From Desulfomonilia bacterium (lineage in GTDB: Bacteria > Desulfobacterota > Desulfomonilia > UBA1062), in NCBI GenBank assembly GCA_050014195.1, contig JBEKDT010000013.1:85025-149024 (forward strand): a DNA stretch of 64,000 nucleotides, written 5' to 3'. The number at the start of each line of letters is the position of its first letter. The first letter of the stretch is position 1. Both the position numbers and the translations under genes were made by a program. The notes beneath the pieces are model-generated. The model made no database searches. It saw only the letters and a program-made list of their open reading frames with translations, and was not told the origin of the DNA. This document shows positions 30,960-41,140 of the stretch, piece by piece.

Positions 30960-31157
30960 ATGATGAAACTAAAGACAAATCGGAGTGCAGCGAAGCGGTT
31001 CAAAGCGACCGGCACCGGAAAGGTGAAGAGGAACAAGGCATATTCCAGGCACCTCCTTTCCTGTAAGACAACCAAGCAAAAGAGGAACTTCAGGAAGTCC
31101 GGGCTTGTGGATTCCGCGAATCTGGCCGGCGTTAGGCAGCAGCTGCCGTATCTCTAA
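30960..31157 (+). CDS. rpmI: 50S ribosomal protein L35
   Basis: KLKTNRSAAKRFKATGTGK...RHLL; synteny. Confidence 0.96.
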   Translation: MMKLKTNRSAAKRFKATGTGKVKRNKAYSRHLLSCKTTKQKRNFRKSGLVDSANLAGVRQQLPYL

Positions 31158-31171
31158 GAGGTGTAAGGATC

Positions 31172-31519
31172 ATGCGAGTAAAACGTGGTGTAGTAGGAAA
31201 AAGAAAGAGAGTAAGGGTTCACAAGCTTACCAAGGGCTATTACGGCGGGAGAAGAAACCTCGTCCGGGCTGCCCAGGAATCGCTCAACAGAGGACTTGCC
31301 TTTGCTTACCGTGACAGGCGCCAGCGCAAGAGGGAATTCAGGCGCCTGTGGATTGCCAGGATCAGTGCGGCCCTCAAGCAGCGGGGTTTTACGTATTCCC
31401 GCTTCATACATGCCTTAAAGAATGCCAGTATCGAGCTTGACAGGAAGGTCCTTGCGGATCTTGCCGTCACCGATCCCAAGGGGTTCACCCAAATCCTGGA
31501 TTCAGTTTCTCAGGCATAG
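31172..31519 (+). CDS. rplT: 50S ribosomal protein L20
   Basis: MRVKRG, AYRDRRQRKREFRRLWIARI, LDRKVLADLA. Confidence 0.97.
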   Translation: MRVKRGVVGKRKRVRVHKLTKGYYGGRRNLVRAAQESLNRGLAFAYRDRRQRKREFRRLWIARISAALKQRGFTYSRFIHALKNASIELDRKVLADLAVTDPKGFTQILDSVSQA

Positions 31520-32524
31520 ATGGACAGTCAGCTTGAAGAACTTCAAAAGGCGTTTGTAAAGGACCTGGAACATATCAATAAGCCTGAAGAGATCGAGCCC
31601 TTAAGGATCCAGTACCTGGGCCGCAAGGGGAGGCTTACGGCAATCTTGCGTCAAATGGGGTCCCTTGATGCAGTCGAACGTCCCCGTATCGGCGCCCTGT
31701 CGAACCAGCTTAAGGTCTTCATGGAGCAGTCCCTTGATGAAATGGCCCAATCCTTTGCTACAGAGAAGACAGTGCAGGGCATAGATGTAACTCTGCCCGG
31801 CCGCATCCTCAAGAAGGGCTCCATACACGTCATTAACCGGGTTATCGCCGAGATGGAGGGCCTCTTCCGCAACCTCGGCTTTTCAATCGCATCCGGCCCC
31901 GAGGTGGAAGACGACTACCACAATTTCGAGGCCCTGAACCTGCCTGAAAACCACCCCACAAGGGATATGCAGGACACCTTCTATTTCAGCAAGGGCGTGC
32001 TGCTCAGGACCCACACCTCACCCGTTCAGATCAGGGTCATGGAGTCACAGAGACTGCCGGTGCGCATCATTGCCCCGGGCAAGGCATACCGGTGCGACTT
32101 CGACGTCAGCCACAGCCCCATGTTTCACCAGGTGGAAGGTCTCTGGGTGGAGGAGGGCATCACCTTTGCACACTTAAAGGGCGTGCTCTACGAGTTCATC
32201 CACACCTTTTTCGGACCGGATATACCGCTGAGGTTCCGGGCATCGTTCTTCCCGTTCACAGAGCCGTCCGCCGAGGTGGACATGGGCTGCATCATCTGCA
32301 AGGGCAAGGGCTGCAGGGTTTGCAAGAATACCGGCTGGCTCGAGATTTTAGGCAGCGGCATGGTAGACCCGGCAGTCTACGGTTTCGTGGGTATCGACCC
32401 GGAGAAGGTCACCGGCTTCGCCTTCGGCATGGGAGTCGAGCGCGTTGCCATGCTCAAGTACGGCATCGATGACATCCGGCTCTTCTATGACTCCGATTTA
32501 AGGTTTTTAAACCAGTTCGCTTAA
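31520..32524 (+). CDS. pheS: Phenylalanine--tRNA ligase alpha subunit
   Basis: NFEALN, MQDTFY, LRTHTSPVQ, FPFTEPSAE, GFAFGMGVER. Confidence 0.98.
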   Translation: MDSQLEELQKAFVKDLEHINKPEEIEPLRIQYLGRKGRLTAILRQMGSLDAVERPRIGALSNQLKVFMEQSLDEMAQSFATEKTVQGIDVTLPGRILKKGSIHVINRVIAEMEGLFRNLGFSIASGPEVEDDYHNFEALNLPENHPTRDMQDTFYFSKGVLLRTHTSPVQIRVMESQRLPVRIIAPGKAYRCDFDVSHSPMFHQVEGLWVEEGITFAHLKGVLYEFIHTFFGPDIPLRFRASFFPFTEPSAEVDMGCIICKGKGCRVCKNTGWLEILGSGMVDPAVYGFVGIDPEKVTGFAFGMGVERVAMLKYGIDDIRLFYDSDLRFLNQFA

Positions 32525-32535
32525 AAGGGCAAGAC

Positions 32536-34890
32536 ATGAAGATAAGCTACAACTGGATTAAAGAATTCGTCGACCTCGATGTGGATGTGCAGAGCGCAGC
32601 CTCCGCTCTCACCTTGAGCGGCACCGAGGTGGAAGACATCACGCATCAGAGCGTCCCCAAGGAGGTCATCTGCGCCCGTGTTCTCGATGCAAAGAAACAC
32701 CCTAATGCGGACAAACTCTTTGTATGCACGGTGGATATCGGCAAGGAAACCCTCCAGGTAGTCTGCGGCGCCCCGAACACGAGGGCTGGTATGATGAGCG
32801 CATTTGCTCCGGTGGGCTGCGACTTAGGCTCGGGCATGCTTGTGAAAAAGGCCAAGATCAGGGGCGAAGAGTCCTTCGGCGTGCTGCTCTCAGAGCGGGA
32901 GCTAGGCCTTACCGAAGACCATACCGGCATTATGGAATTCGACATCGATACAAAGCCCGGAGATGTACTTGCCGATGCCTTGGGCCTGGAAGACTGGGTC
33001 CTGGAGGTGAATGTCACACCCAACAGGGGTGACTGCCTCTCGGTGATCGGCATTGCCCGCGAGCTTGCAGCGCTCTTCGGAAAGAAGCTGAAGGAGCCTG
33101 TTTTTGCCATCAAGGAAGAAGATACACCCATAGAATCGGTCCTGAGTGTGGAGATCCTCTCCCCAGAAGGATGCCCGCGGTACACGGCACGGTACATGGA
33201 CGGCATTGCCATACGGAAGAGCCCCTTTGCCATGCGCAGGCGGCTGTTCCAGTCAGGGGTGAGGGCCATCAGCAACGTGGTGGACATCACGAACTATGTC
33301 ATGCTGGAGTACGGCCAGCCTCTTCATGCCTTTGATTCCACCTTCGTCGCAGGCGGCGGCATCGTTGTGCGCAAGGCCAGAGACGGAGAGACCTTCACTA
33401 CCCTGGACTCGGTTGAAAGGACCCTACGCGCCGAAGACCTCCTCATCTGCGACAAGCAAAAACCCGTGGCCCTGGCAGGGGTGATGGGCGGAGAAAACTC
33501 CGAGGTCCTTGATACCACTACAGGCGTTATCCTCGAGAGTGCCTTCTTCGACCCCAAAGGCATCCGGCGCACCTCCAAGGGCTTGGGCCTTTCCACCGAG
33601 GCTTCCTACCGTTTCGAACGGGGTATTGATCCTTCCATCCAAGCGGATGCTGCCAACCGGGCAGCCTGGCTCATGGCCCGGTATGCAGATGCAAAGGTCT
33701 TCAAGGGCGTCATCGATGTGAATTACTTCTCATATGAAAAACGGGAAGTGAATCTTAGAAAGTCCTACCTGCTCAAGGTGCTCGGACTCCGTGAGATCAA
33801 GGCAGAAGATGTTGAACGTATCTTCACAGGCCTTGGCTGCGAAGTGAGGGGTGGTGATGATCTCTGGATAATCGCGGTTCCGGTGTTCAGGCACGACCTT
33901 GTACGCGAGATCGACCTTGTGGAGGAGTTTGTCAGGGTCTACGGTATGGACAAGGTGGAGCCCGAACTTCCCACGTTCAAGCCCGGAAAGGCTGTCTCCG
34001 GGGAGAATGGAATTCAGGGGCTCAGGCTCAGTCTGGCTGCCTTTGGGTTCACCGAGGTTGTAACCTATTCATTCATTGCCCCGAAATGGAAGGCAATCTT
34101 TACGCAGGAAACCCTGGATCTCTTGAACCCCATTTCGGATGAGATGAGGGTCATGCGCATGTCACTTTTGCCCGGGCTTGCAGGCGCAATCGAGCGCAAC
34201 AGGAAGCTTGCCGTCCGAGACATTTCCCTATTCGAAATCGGCAAGTGCTTCTTCCCCTGCGCAGGACAGAAGCTGCCCAATGAATATAACAGGATCGGCA
34301 TCGCCATGACCGGCCAGCGTTTTGATGCACATTGGTCGGAAAAGGGCAGGGCGGTTGATTTCTACGACATCAAAGGGGTTGCGGAAAAGCTGCTCGAGAC
34401 TGCCCGGCTGAAGCCCTCGAACTACCCCTTCTATAAGGCAGGATACCAGGCGGATGTCTTCAAGGATGACAAATATATCGGCACCATGGGCTGCCTGCAT
34501 GGAGATATCCTCACCATGCTTGACATCGAGGGTGATATTTATGCCCTCGAACTCTCCCTGGAAGCCATCTTGGACAGGAAGTGGCAGGGGCTTAAAGAGA
34601 TCCCCAAATTCCCGTCCACCTGGAGAGACCTCTCCCTGGTTGTAGATAAAACGATTGCCTATATGGATATCGTGAAGGCTATCCAGGCCAGAGGGATAAG
34701 TGAGATCAGGCAGGTTGCCGCAGTAGACCTGTACACGGGTGAGAAGCTGCCTGTGGGTAAGAAGGGCATCACTGTCCGCATCACTTATCAGTCTGAGGCC
34801 CGAACCCTGGAAGATGCGATGATCAATGAATGGCAAGACAAGATCATAACATCACTCCAGGGGGACTTCGGGATAACATTAAGGCAGTGA
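32536..34890 (+). CDS. pheT: Phenylalanine--tRNA ligase beta subunit
   Basis: HPNADKL, VCGAPN, TPNRGDCLS, GQPLHAFD, RFERGID, RDLSLVV. Confidence 0.97.
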   Translation: MKISYNWIKEFVDLDVDVQSAASALTLSGTEVEDITHQSVPKEVICARVLDAKKHPNADKLFVCTVDIGKETLQVVCGAPNTRAGMMSAFAPVGCDLGSGMLVKKAKIRGEESFGVLLSERELGLTEDHTGIMEFDIDTKPGDVLADALGLEDWVLEVNVTPNRGDCLSVIGIARELAALFGKKLKEPVFAIKEEDTPIESVLSVEILSPEGCPRYTARYMDGIAIRKSPFAMRRRLFQSGVRAISNVVDITNYVMLEYGQPLHAFDSTFVAGGGIVVRKARDGETFTTLDSVERTLRAEDLLICDKQKPVALAGVMGGENSEVLDTTTGVILESAFFDPKGIRRTSKGLGLSTEASYRFERGIDPSIQADAANRAAWLMARYADAKVFKGVIDVNYFSYEKREVNLRKSYLLKVLGLREIKAEDVERIFTGLGCEVRGGDDLWIIAVPVFRHDLVREIDLVEEFVRVYGMDKVEPELPTFKPGKAVSGENGIQGLRLSLAAFGFTEVVTYSFIAPKWKAIFTQETLDLLNPISDEMRVMRMSLLPGLAGAIERNRKLAVRDISLFEIGKCFFPCAGQKLPNEYNRIGIAMTGQRFDAHWSEKGRAVDFYDIKGVAEKLLETARLKPSNYPFYKAGYQADVFKDDKYIGTMGCLHGDILTMLDIEGDIYALELSLEAILDRKWQGLKEIPKFPSTWRDLSLVVDKTIAYMDIVKAIQARGISEIRQVAAVDLYTGEKLPVGKKGITVRITYQSEARTLEDAMINEWQDKIITSLQGDFGITLRQ

Positions 34891-35061
34891 CCTCCTCAAG
34901 AAAAACCCCCCGACTATAACGGGATACTTTAATGGCTCATAAATCCGGGGATGGCGGTGTATCACCCTCAACGAATACATAAAGACATTGCTCAGAGTAA
35001 TGATCTAAGAGCCCCCCTTTTTTGTAAAGAGAGGACAGGGGAGATTTTTTCCCCGGACCGG

Positions 35062-35724
35062 ATGTACCGATGGGTACCAACACTGACGGTACTCTTCATA
35101 TTTCTTTTATTACCTGCTTCATCCCGGGCCGAATACCGTATTACCTTCAAAGACAAGACGGTCGAGACTGCATGCTATTGGATCGAGAAATCAAAGGTCC
35201 ACTTGTGTGAGGGGGGAGAGCCGCTGGCCTTGTCTGATGTAAGCGCGATCACTGAAGGGAAATTTTCATCTCTTGAGAACGAGATGCATCAGGATGCTAT
35301 ACGGCGTTTCTGGACCTACATGTCATGGCTGCTGGATAATGAAACTGACCTTATAACAGAAGACAGAGCCGTTATGGAAGGAATAAAAGAGATCGATGAG
35401 CTAAGAGCATCAACCGTGAAAAAGAAAGAGCTTCGCAGTCTGAAGAAAAAATACTCTGACGAAATCAACCGTCTCATAGAACAAGTGACCTTTATACATA
35501 AAGCATATTCAGACATACATACCCCTGACCGCTCCCTCGTGCAGCTATCCGAGACCAAGATACTTCAGATGATCACCTGGACCCAGTCACTCCAGGAGAT
35601 GCAGAGATATATCAACACAGCCGACCCTACTTACCGCGATTACAGCCAGGAGCACATGAAGCAGGTGGGAGACTTCCAAGTCAGTTTTATGAGAACTCTC
35701 AGCAAAGTGATGTGTGATCATTAG
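35062..35724 (+). CDS. Hypothetical secreted helical protein
   Basis: Signal-peptide-like MYRWVPTLTVLFIFLLLPASSRA from ATG 35062 (ORF open from 34951). Confidence 0.55.
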   Translation: MYRWVPTLTVLFIFLLLPASSRAEYRITFKDKTVETACYWIEKSKVHLCEGGEPLALSDVSAITEGKFSSLENEMHQDAIRRFWTYMSWLLDNETDLITEDRAVMEGIKEIDELRASTVKKKELRSLKKKYSDEINRLIEQVTFIHKAYSDIHTPDRSLVQLSETKILQMITWTQSLQEMQRYINTADPTYRDYSQEHMKQVGDFQVSFMRTLSKVMCDH

Positions 35725-35973
35725 AGATTGAAGGGGATACCATACATCAAATTGAAGATAGAAACTTATGCGAATGAAGGTGAGTACGGAATAGCGAAAA
35801 TCTAACAGTTCTCATAAGTGACGCAGAAGGGTAAAAGATTTCCATTAAAGAGAATAAAAATATCCTTTTACTTAATAAATATATTGTGCCGTGAATATTT
35901 GCTTACTCCATAAGTCTCTATTATTATTTGCTGTATTAGGATAAAATGCGCTTCGGCCCGTGTGTAATTCTTA

Positions 35974-35989
35974 AGGCCTGATTTTTGCA
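35974..35989 (+). promoter_or_regulatory. Possible sigma54 (-24/-12) promoter
   Basis: AGGCCTGATTTTTGCA, GG-N10-GC spacing. Confidence 0.4.
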
Positions 35990-36149
35990 AATGAAATTAT
36001 TTTGCAGATGATTGTTTTCTGATTAAATGCCGTATATCGAGGAGATTTTCTCCCCATTCCGGAGATTGCGAGAAACGCATGAGGATCTTCCAAAAGGTGG
36101 TCCTTTCGTTTTCATGTAATGATATGCAGTCTGTATAAAGAGGAATAGA

Positions 36150-36617
36150 ATGGGTAAAAGGGTATTTGTCTTATTATTGACCGCTGCCGGCTCTATACTG
36201 TTTATCAAGGAACCCGCCGTTGCCGCCCCGATATTTCAATTATCGATTGATAATATATCCCATGGAGGCTCTGAGTACTCTCTTCAGGGATCTGACTTTT
36301 CATCATTCTCAAATAAATCCGCAAGGGAATATTTCTCTTTGCCTTTTCCCTTAGCCCAAGGTCGTGATTCTTCCATTGTGACGTCGGGAATGGTTCTTGC
36401 TGCAATGTGGACACTGCCTTCAAATGAGATTGCCACCATACGAAAGGACGGTGAACGGCTGGTAAATTTTTTAATCCCGATATTCTTCGGCAGCTTCCTC
36501 ATCGGCCTTTCAGGTTTCATCAAGAAATCCACAAAGAACCAAACGAGTGTGCAGCATTCCCAAACCCATAGGAAGACAAGGGCATCTTATGAGAATACCT
36601 TGTCGATAGAGACATGA
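36150..36617 (+). CDS. Hypothetical exported protein with C-terminal TM anchor
   Basis: Signal peptide ending AVAAP; late TM FFGSFLIGLSGF followed by KK. Confidence 0.55.
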   Translation: MGKRVFVLLLTAAGSILFIKEPAVAAPIFQLSIDNISHGGSEYSLQGSDFSSFSNKSAREYFSLPFPLAQGRDSSIVTSGMVLAAMWTLPSNEIATIRKDGERLVNFLIPIFFGSFLIGLSGFIKKSTKNQTSVQHSQTHRKTRASYENTLSIET

Positions 36618-36818
36618 TCTTCTCTATCAAGCCGATAAAGCACGGTTGAGATTTCGCACAATCCCTTACGGGGACTATAAATCCTTGCTTTTAAACCAGA
36701 GCTCATAGACCCTTCTCTTTGCATGTTCATTGAGGTATACCTAGCTTTGAAATATCATTGTCAACATGAAGGTTGTTAACAATTGAGCAGCAGAACCAGA
36801 AAGGAAAGGGAGAAATAC

Positions 36819-37592
36819 ATGGAGGAATTTGATCGCCTCATGCAAATATTTGAAAGGCTCAGGGCGCCGGGCGGATGCCCGTGGGATGCAGAGCAGGACC
36901 ACAAAAGCATCTCCCGCAGCATCATCGAGGAGGCCTACGAGCTTTTCGATGCCATACACAAAGAAGATGTGGAACATATGCGGGAAGAACTTGGTGATGT
37001 CCTCCTCCAGGTGGTCTTTCACAGCATCATTGCCAGGGACATGGGCGAGTTCACCATAAACAATGTCATCAATGATTTGGCGGATAAGCTCGTCTCGCGT
37101 CATCCCCATGTGTTCGGGGATGTCCGGCTCGATTCGTCAAAAGAGGTCATCAGAAACTGGGAGAAGCTTAAGAAAAATGAGAAGGGTAAATCAAAGCGTG
37201 TTTCCATTCTCGATGGGATTCCTGACGCCTTGCCGTCACTCCTGGCGGCACGGAAGATCCAGTCCGTTGTTTCCCGTGTGGGGTTCGATTGGCAGGATCC
37301 CCATGGGGTGATTGAGAAGATTCGGGAAGAGACCGGAGAGTTGACGGAAGCCCTCCAATCAGGAAAGCCGGATCAGGTGGAGGAAGAAATCGGCGATCTG
37401 CTCTTTTGCATCGTGAACCTTGCGCGCCTATGCAAGGTGGACTCCGAAGCTGCCTTAAGGAGAACCAACCGCAAGTTTAAAAAGAGATTTCATGCCATCG
37501 AGAAGGAGGCCAGGAAACGCGGAATGGAGGTCGATGAGATGTCACTTGAGGAGATGGATAATGTTTGGGATGCAGCAAAGGGCAAGAGTTGA
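36819..37592 (+). CDS. mazG: Nucleoside triphosphate pyrophosphohydrolase MazG
   Basis: LRAPGGCPWDAEQ, EEAYE, EELGDVLLQV, RHPHVF, GFDW, EEIGDLLF. Confidence 0.95.
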   Translation: MEEFDRLMQIFERLRAPGGCPWDAEQDHKSISRSIIEEAYELFDAIHKEDVEHMREELGDVLLQVVFHSIIARDMGEFTINNVINDLADKLVSRHPHVFGDVRLDSSKEVIRNWEKLKKNEKGKSKRVSILDGIPDALPSLLAARKIQSVVSRVGFDWQDPHGVIEKIREETGELTEALQSGKPDQVEEEIGDLLFCIVNLARLCKVDSEAALRRTNRKFKKRFHAIEKEARKRGMEVDEMSLEEMDNVWDAAKGKS

Positions 37593-37669
37593 AAAGGTTG
37601 TCATTGCTGACATCGAACGTGAAAAGTGATAAGAAGAAACTTAAGTTTTTTAACCCCTGAAAAGGTGCA

Positions 37670-38581
37670 ATGCGTATGTGGAACTTCATGATTGCGCAGC
37701 TTCGAGGGATACTGACGATACTACTCTTTATCCTCGATACCTTCTTAGTGACCATACCATTTTATACGGTAGCCTTATTCAAATGGATTATCCCTGTCCG
37801 GTCATGGAGGATTTTTTGCTCATGGCTCCTGCATCGTATCGCTGATGTTTGGCTTTATTTTCTGAATCTTCCCCAGTCCATGACAAGTAAGACCAGGTGG
37901 GTCATTAAGGGTATGGAGTCCTTGAACCTTACCAAGTCATGCCTGCTCATGGTAAACCACCAGTCTTGGGTTGATATCATGGTACTTGTCAGGCTCTTCT
38001 TCTGGAAGATACCTGATTTCAAATTCTTTGTGAAAAAGGAACTCCTGTGGTTGCCCATTGTCGGTCAGGCTTTCTGGGCAGTAGATTTTCCAATAGTGAA
38101 GCGGTATTCAAAGTCGCTTTTACACAAGAAACCTTATCTTAAAGGCCGGGATCTCGAGATTACGAGAAAGGCATGCGAGAAATTCAAGAATATGCCGGTT
38201 TCCATATTTAATTTTGTGGAAGGAACCCGCTTTCGCGTGGAGAAGCACATGAAACAACATTCGCCTTTCACACACCTCCTGAGACCCAAGGCCGGAGGGA
38301 CAGCCCTTGTTCTCGGCGCCATGGGGGAGAAGGTTCACAGCATTCTGAACGTCACCATTGTATACCCGAAAGGTGTAAGAAACTTCTGGGACTATCTGTG
38401 CGGTAAGGTTGGAGAGATCCGTATCCATGTTGAGCAGCTGCCTGTAACCAAGGATCTGCTGGGTGACTATTTTAATGATCCGCAATACCGCGAGCATTTA
38501 CAGGTATGGCTCAATAACCTTTGGCTGGAAAAAGACAGGCGTATAGATGAAATGCTTCAATGGGAATCCGCAAGCGTATAG
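37670..38581 (+). CDS. PlsC/YihG-family acyltransferase
   Basis: NHQSWVD (HxxxxD), KFFVKKEL, FVEGTRF, LLRPKAGG. Confidence 0.9.
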   Translation: MRMWNFMIAQLRGILTILLFILDTFLVTIPFYTVALFKWIIPVRSWRIFCSWLLHRIADVWLYFLNLPQSMTSKTRWVIKGMESLNLTKSCLLMVNHQSWVDIMVLVRLFFWKIPDFKFFVKKELLWLPIVGQAFWAVDFPIVKRYSKSLLHKKPYLKGRDLEITRKACEKFKNMPVSIFNFVEGTRFRVEKHMKQHSPFTHLLRPKAGGTALVLGAMGEKVHSILNVTIVYPKGVRNFWDYLCGKVGEIRIHVEQLPVTKDLLGDYFNDPQYREHLQVWLNNLWLEKDRRIDEMLQWESASV

Positions 38582-38584
38582 CAG

Positions 38585-40339
38585 TCACATCGGAAGGTTC
38601 ATGAGGAGCCTGAACGTATCGACATTGTAGCCTTTGTGTCCTGATCTCAGGATCCGCACCTTTCCGGGAGGAAGGAGTGGATTGATTTTGATTAAATCCG
38701 TTTTCTTCACTATTACGGCAGCAGGTGTGCCCGGGGTTGTGAGAAACCGGGCTACTTCATGAGGAGAATTGAGGATGGAAAAGTTTCGCCCCAGATAGAA
38801 GGCGAAGATACCGATATATCTGCTCTCATCAGAAGCAAGTCCTATCTGTCTGTTGTCTTGAATTTCTCCCATCACTATGTTTGCGAAGGGCTTTAACGTG
38901 CGTTGATAATCGTATACCGGCATAAGAACAAAGATTATCGGTATCAGAATTGCCACGCAGACTGCAGGGAACGCAAGTAAGCTCCGCACCCGGTTCGATA
39001 GGCTAAAGAGCATCCGGAACTTGACGGACAAAAATATTTCAAGCAGTACGAGCACTACGCACACGGATAATGACACTAATGCAAAAAAAGGACCGGGGAT
39101 TTTGATGATATTTACGCCACCAAAGAAATGGTCGAAGAAAACCGGCGGCATGAAATACATCATTATATAGATCAAGGGAACAAAGAAGAGGATCATAGTC
39201 ATGATCCCTCCCGTGAGACCGATCACCCATTTCTCCACTATGGATAAGGGTCCTTCAGCGGCTTGCTGAAGCCAAACCCCAGCCATAAGGAACAGGATCG
39301 GAAAAAGCGGGATTGCATAGCGGGTATCTTTTGCAGAAGATGCGTGCAGTATCAGGGCCATGCAGACAACGGCAACACGCAGAAATACACTTAAGGGATC
39401 GCTAAGGCCCCGGCCTTTTCTGAACCAGTGGATGAGCCCGGCCACTACAATCAAGGACCAAGGAAGTATGTATTTGGGTATGGCGATGAAATAATAATAA
39501 ATAGGTTCCTTGTGGACAAAATAAGGATCCTGCGGCAGGCCCTTGTCACTCAGTGTAAGGAAACGCCCGAACTGGTTGGCCCAGAAGGCTTCGTTCAGAA
39601 AATCTATCCCGCCTTTTTTATACAGCGCCCAAGCCCAGGGCGACACGGTCAGTATAAAAACAGGAATGAACAAGGCCGGCAGAATGAAGGCAAGTCTCCA
39701 TTCTCTCCGATATAAAAGGAAACACATGACGGTCAGCCAGACAAAACCAGGTCCCAAAAGTCCCTTGGCATAAAATGAGAGAGCCGACACGAAGATAAAG
39801 GCAATCCACAGTGTCCATTTCTTTGATACATAGGCTGACCAGAACAACCAGAGCGAGAACATCACCATGAATGCGATACACATATCGGTGAGAACAACCC
39901 TGGAATACTCCAGATACATGATGGATGTCGCACACATGAAGGCCCCTGCTATACCGGCCCGTTCAAAGCCCAGGCGGCGGCCGAACAGATATGCCAGGAA
40001 TATCGCTCCGAAACCATAAATGGCGGCAGGGAGCCTCACAAGACCTTCGGTAACCCTCCCAGCAAGTGTACAGAAAAGAACTCCGGTCCAATGCAGCAGG
40101 GGCGGTTTCTCAAGATAAGGCGAACCATCGAGTGTGGGTGTCACCCAATTCCCGGTCCGGTACATTTCAGCAATCATGGCGCCTTCTCTAGAATCGTTTG
40201 GAGCCCATAGCGAATGATCAAACACACCGCTGGCGCAGAAAAGCACAAGCAAGATCATGAACACAATTCTTTCGCGGTTAATCAACCCCCGAAGTGTATC
40301 TGTTTGAACACCGTTAGGAAAAATTGCATTTGTCTTCAT
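38585..40339 (-). CDS. ArnT/PMT-like GT-C glycosyltransferase
   Basis: APNDSRE, YLEKPPLLHW, VRLP, AKG, SSAKDTRY; many TMs. Confidence 0.85.
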   Translation of the reverse strand: MKTNAIFPNGVQTDTLRGLINRERIVFMILLVLFCASGVFDHSLWAPNDSREGAMIAEMYRTGNWVTPTLDGSPYLEKPPLLHWTGVLFCTLAGRVTEGLVRLPAAIYGFGAIFLAYLFGRRLGFERAGIAGAFMCATSIMYLEYSRVVLTDMCIAFMVMFSLWLFWSAYVSKKWTLWIAFIFVSALSFYAKGLLGPGFVWLTVMCFLLYRREWRLAFILPALFIPVFILTVSPWAWALYKKGGIDFLNEAFWANQFGRFLTLSDKGLPQDPYFVHKEPIYYYFIAIPKYILPWSLIVVAGLIHWFRKGRGLSDPLSVFLRVAVVCMALILHASSAKDTRYAIPLFPILFLMAGVWLQQAAEGPLSIVEKWVIGLTGGIMTMILFFVPLIYIMMYFMPPVFFDHFFGGVNIIKIPGPFFALVSLSVCVVLVLLEIFLSVKFRMLFSLSNRVRSLLAFPAVCVAILIPIIFVLMPVYDYQRTLKPFANIVMGEIQDNRQIGLASDESRYIGIFAFYLGRNFSILNSPHEVARFLTTPGTPAAVIVKKTDLIKINPLLPPGKVRILRSGHKGYNVDTFRLLMNLPM

Positions 40340-40400
40340 CTTGCATTCTTTAACTTAAAAACGAAAGATTTTGCCAGATGATTTACCCGTCGGATTATCA

Positions 40401-40458
40401 TTGACAGAGATGAGATGATATGAAAAATAAACCAAATGGTTAAAACAAATGGTTGGTT
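40401..40458 (+). promoter_or_regulatory. Promoter with tandem palindromic operator, probably for the adjacent TetR
   Basis: TTGACA at 40401; AACCAAATGGTT (40430-40441) and AAACAAATGGTT (40443-40454). Confidence 0.6.
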
Positions 40459-40487
40459 ATATTATTACGAATATTTTGGAGCTTGAA

Positions 40488-41117
40488 ATGACATATGAAC
40501 AGGATGAGAAAAGAAGCGAAACACGAAAGCGGATCCTGGAGGCGGCAAAGGATGTGTTTGCCGAAAAAGGATTTGCCGGTGCACGTGTGGATGAGATCGC
40601 CCGCAAGGCTTATGTCAACAAGGCCGCACTGTATTATCACATCGGAGATAAGAAGGCCCTTTATGCAGAGGCAATCCACAATGTTATCGGTACTGCGTCG
40701 GAAAGGCTTGCAAAAGACATCGGGGGAGCACGAACACCCCAGGACAAGATAAAGACATACCTCAGGACACTCGCCACCACCTTTGATGAAAACCCACAGT
40801 TACCACGCATGATGATGAGGGAGATGGCTTCCGGAGGACAAAACATTCCAGAGGTCTTCTTCCAGGATCTCTTTTCCATCATTCGTGTCTTGAGCGGGAT
40901 CATAGAAGAAGGGAAATCCCAGGGCGTGTTTATTGACACACCCCCGCTTCTGGTTCACTTCATGGCAATCGGTGCGACGGTAATTTACAAGATTTTTGCC
41001 CCTATCCTTCTAGCAGCACAGCAAGTCCCTGATAATCTGAAAGGGATAGACGAGGATGTATCAGGAAAGATTGCAAATGAAATAGAGAATCTTATTCTGA
41101 ATGCGATTAGGAAGTGA
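40488..41117 (+). CDS. TetR/AcrR-family regulator
   Basis: RILEAAKDVFAEKGFAGARVDEIA...AALYYH HTH; GGAG RBS before ATG 40488. Confidence 0.92.
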   Translation: MTYEQDEKRSETRKRILEAAKDVFAEKGFAGARVDEIARKAYVNKAALYYHIGDKKALYAEAIHNVIGTASERLAKDIGGARTPQDKIKTYLRTLATTFDENPQLPRMMMREMASGGQNIPEVFFQDLFSIIRVLSGIIEEGKSQGVFIDTPPLLVHFMAIGATVIYKIFAPILLAAQQVPDNLKGIDEDVSGKIANEIENLILNAIRK

Positions 41118-41140
41118 CTGGTTACTAACCAGGAGGTAAC

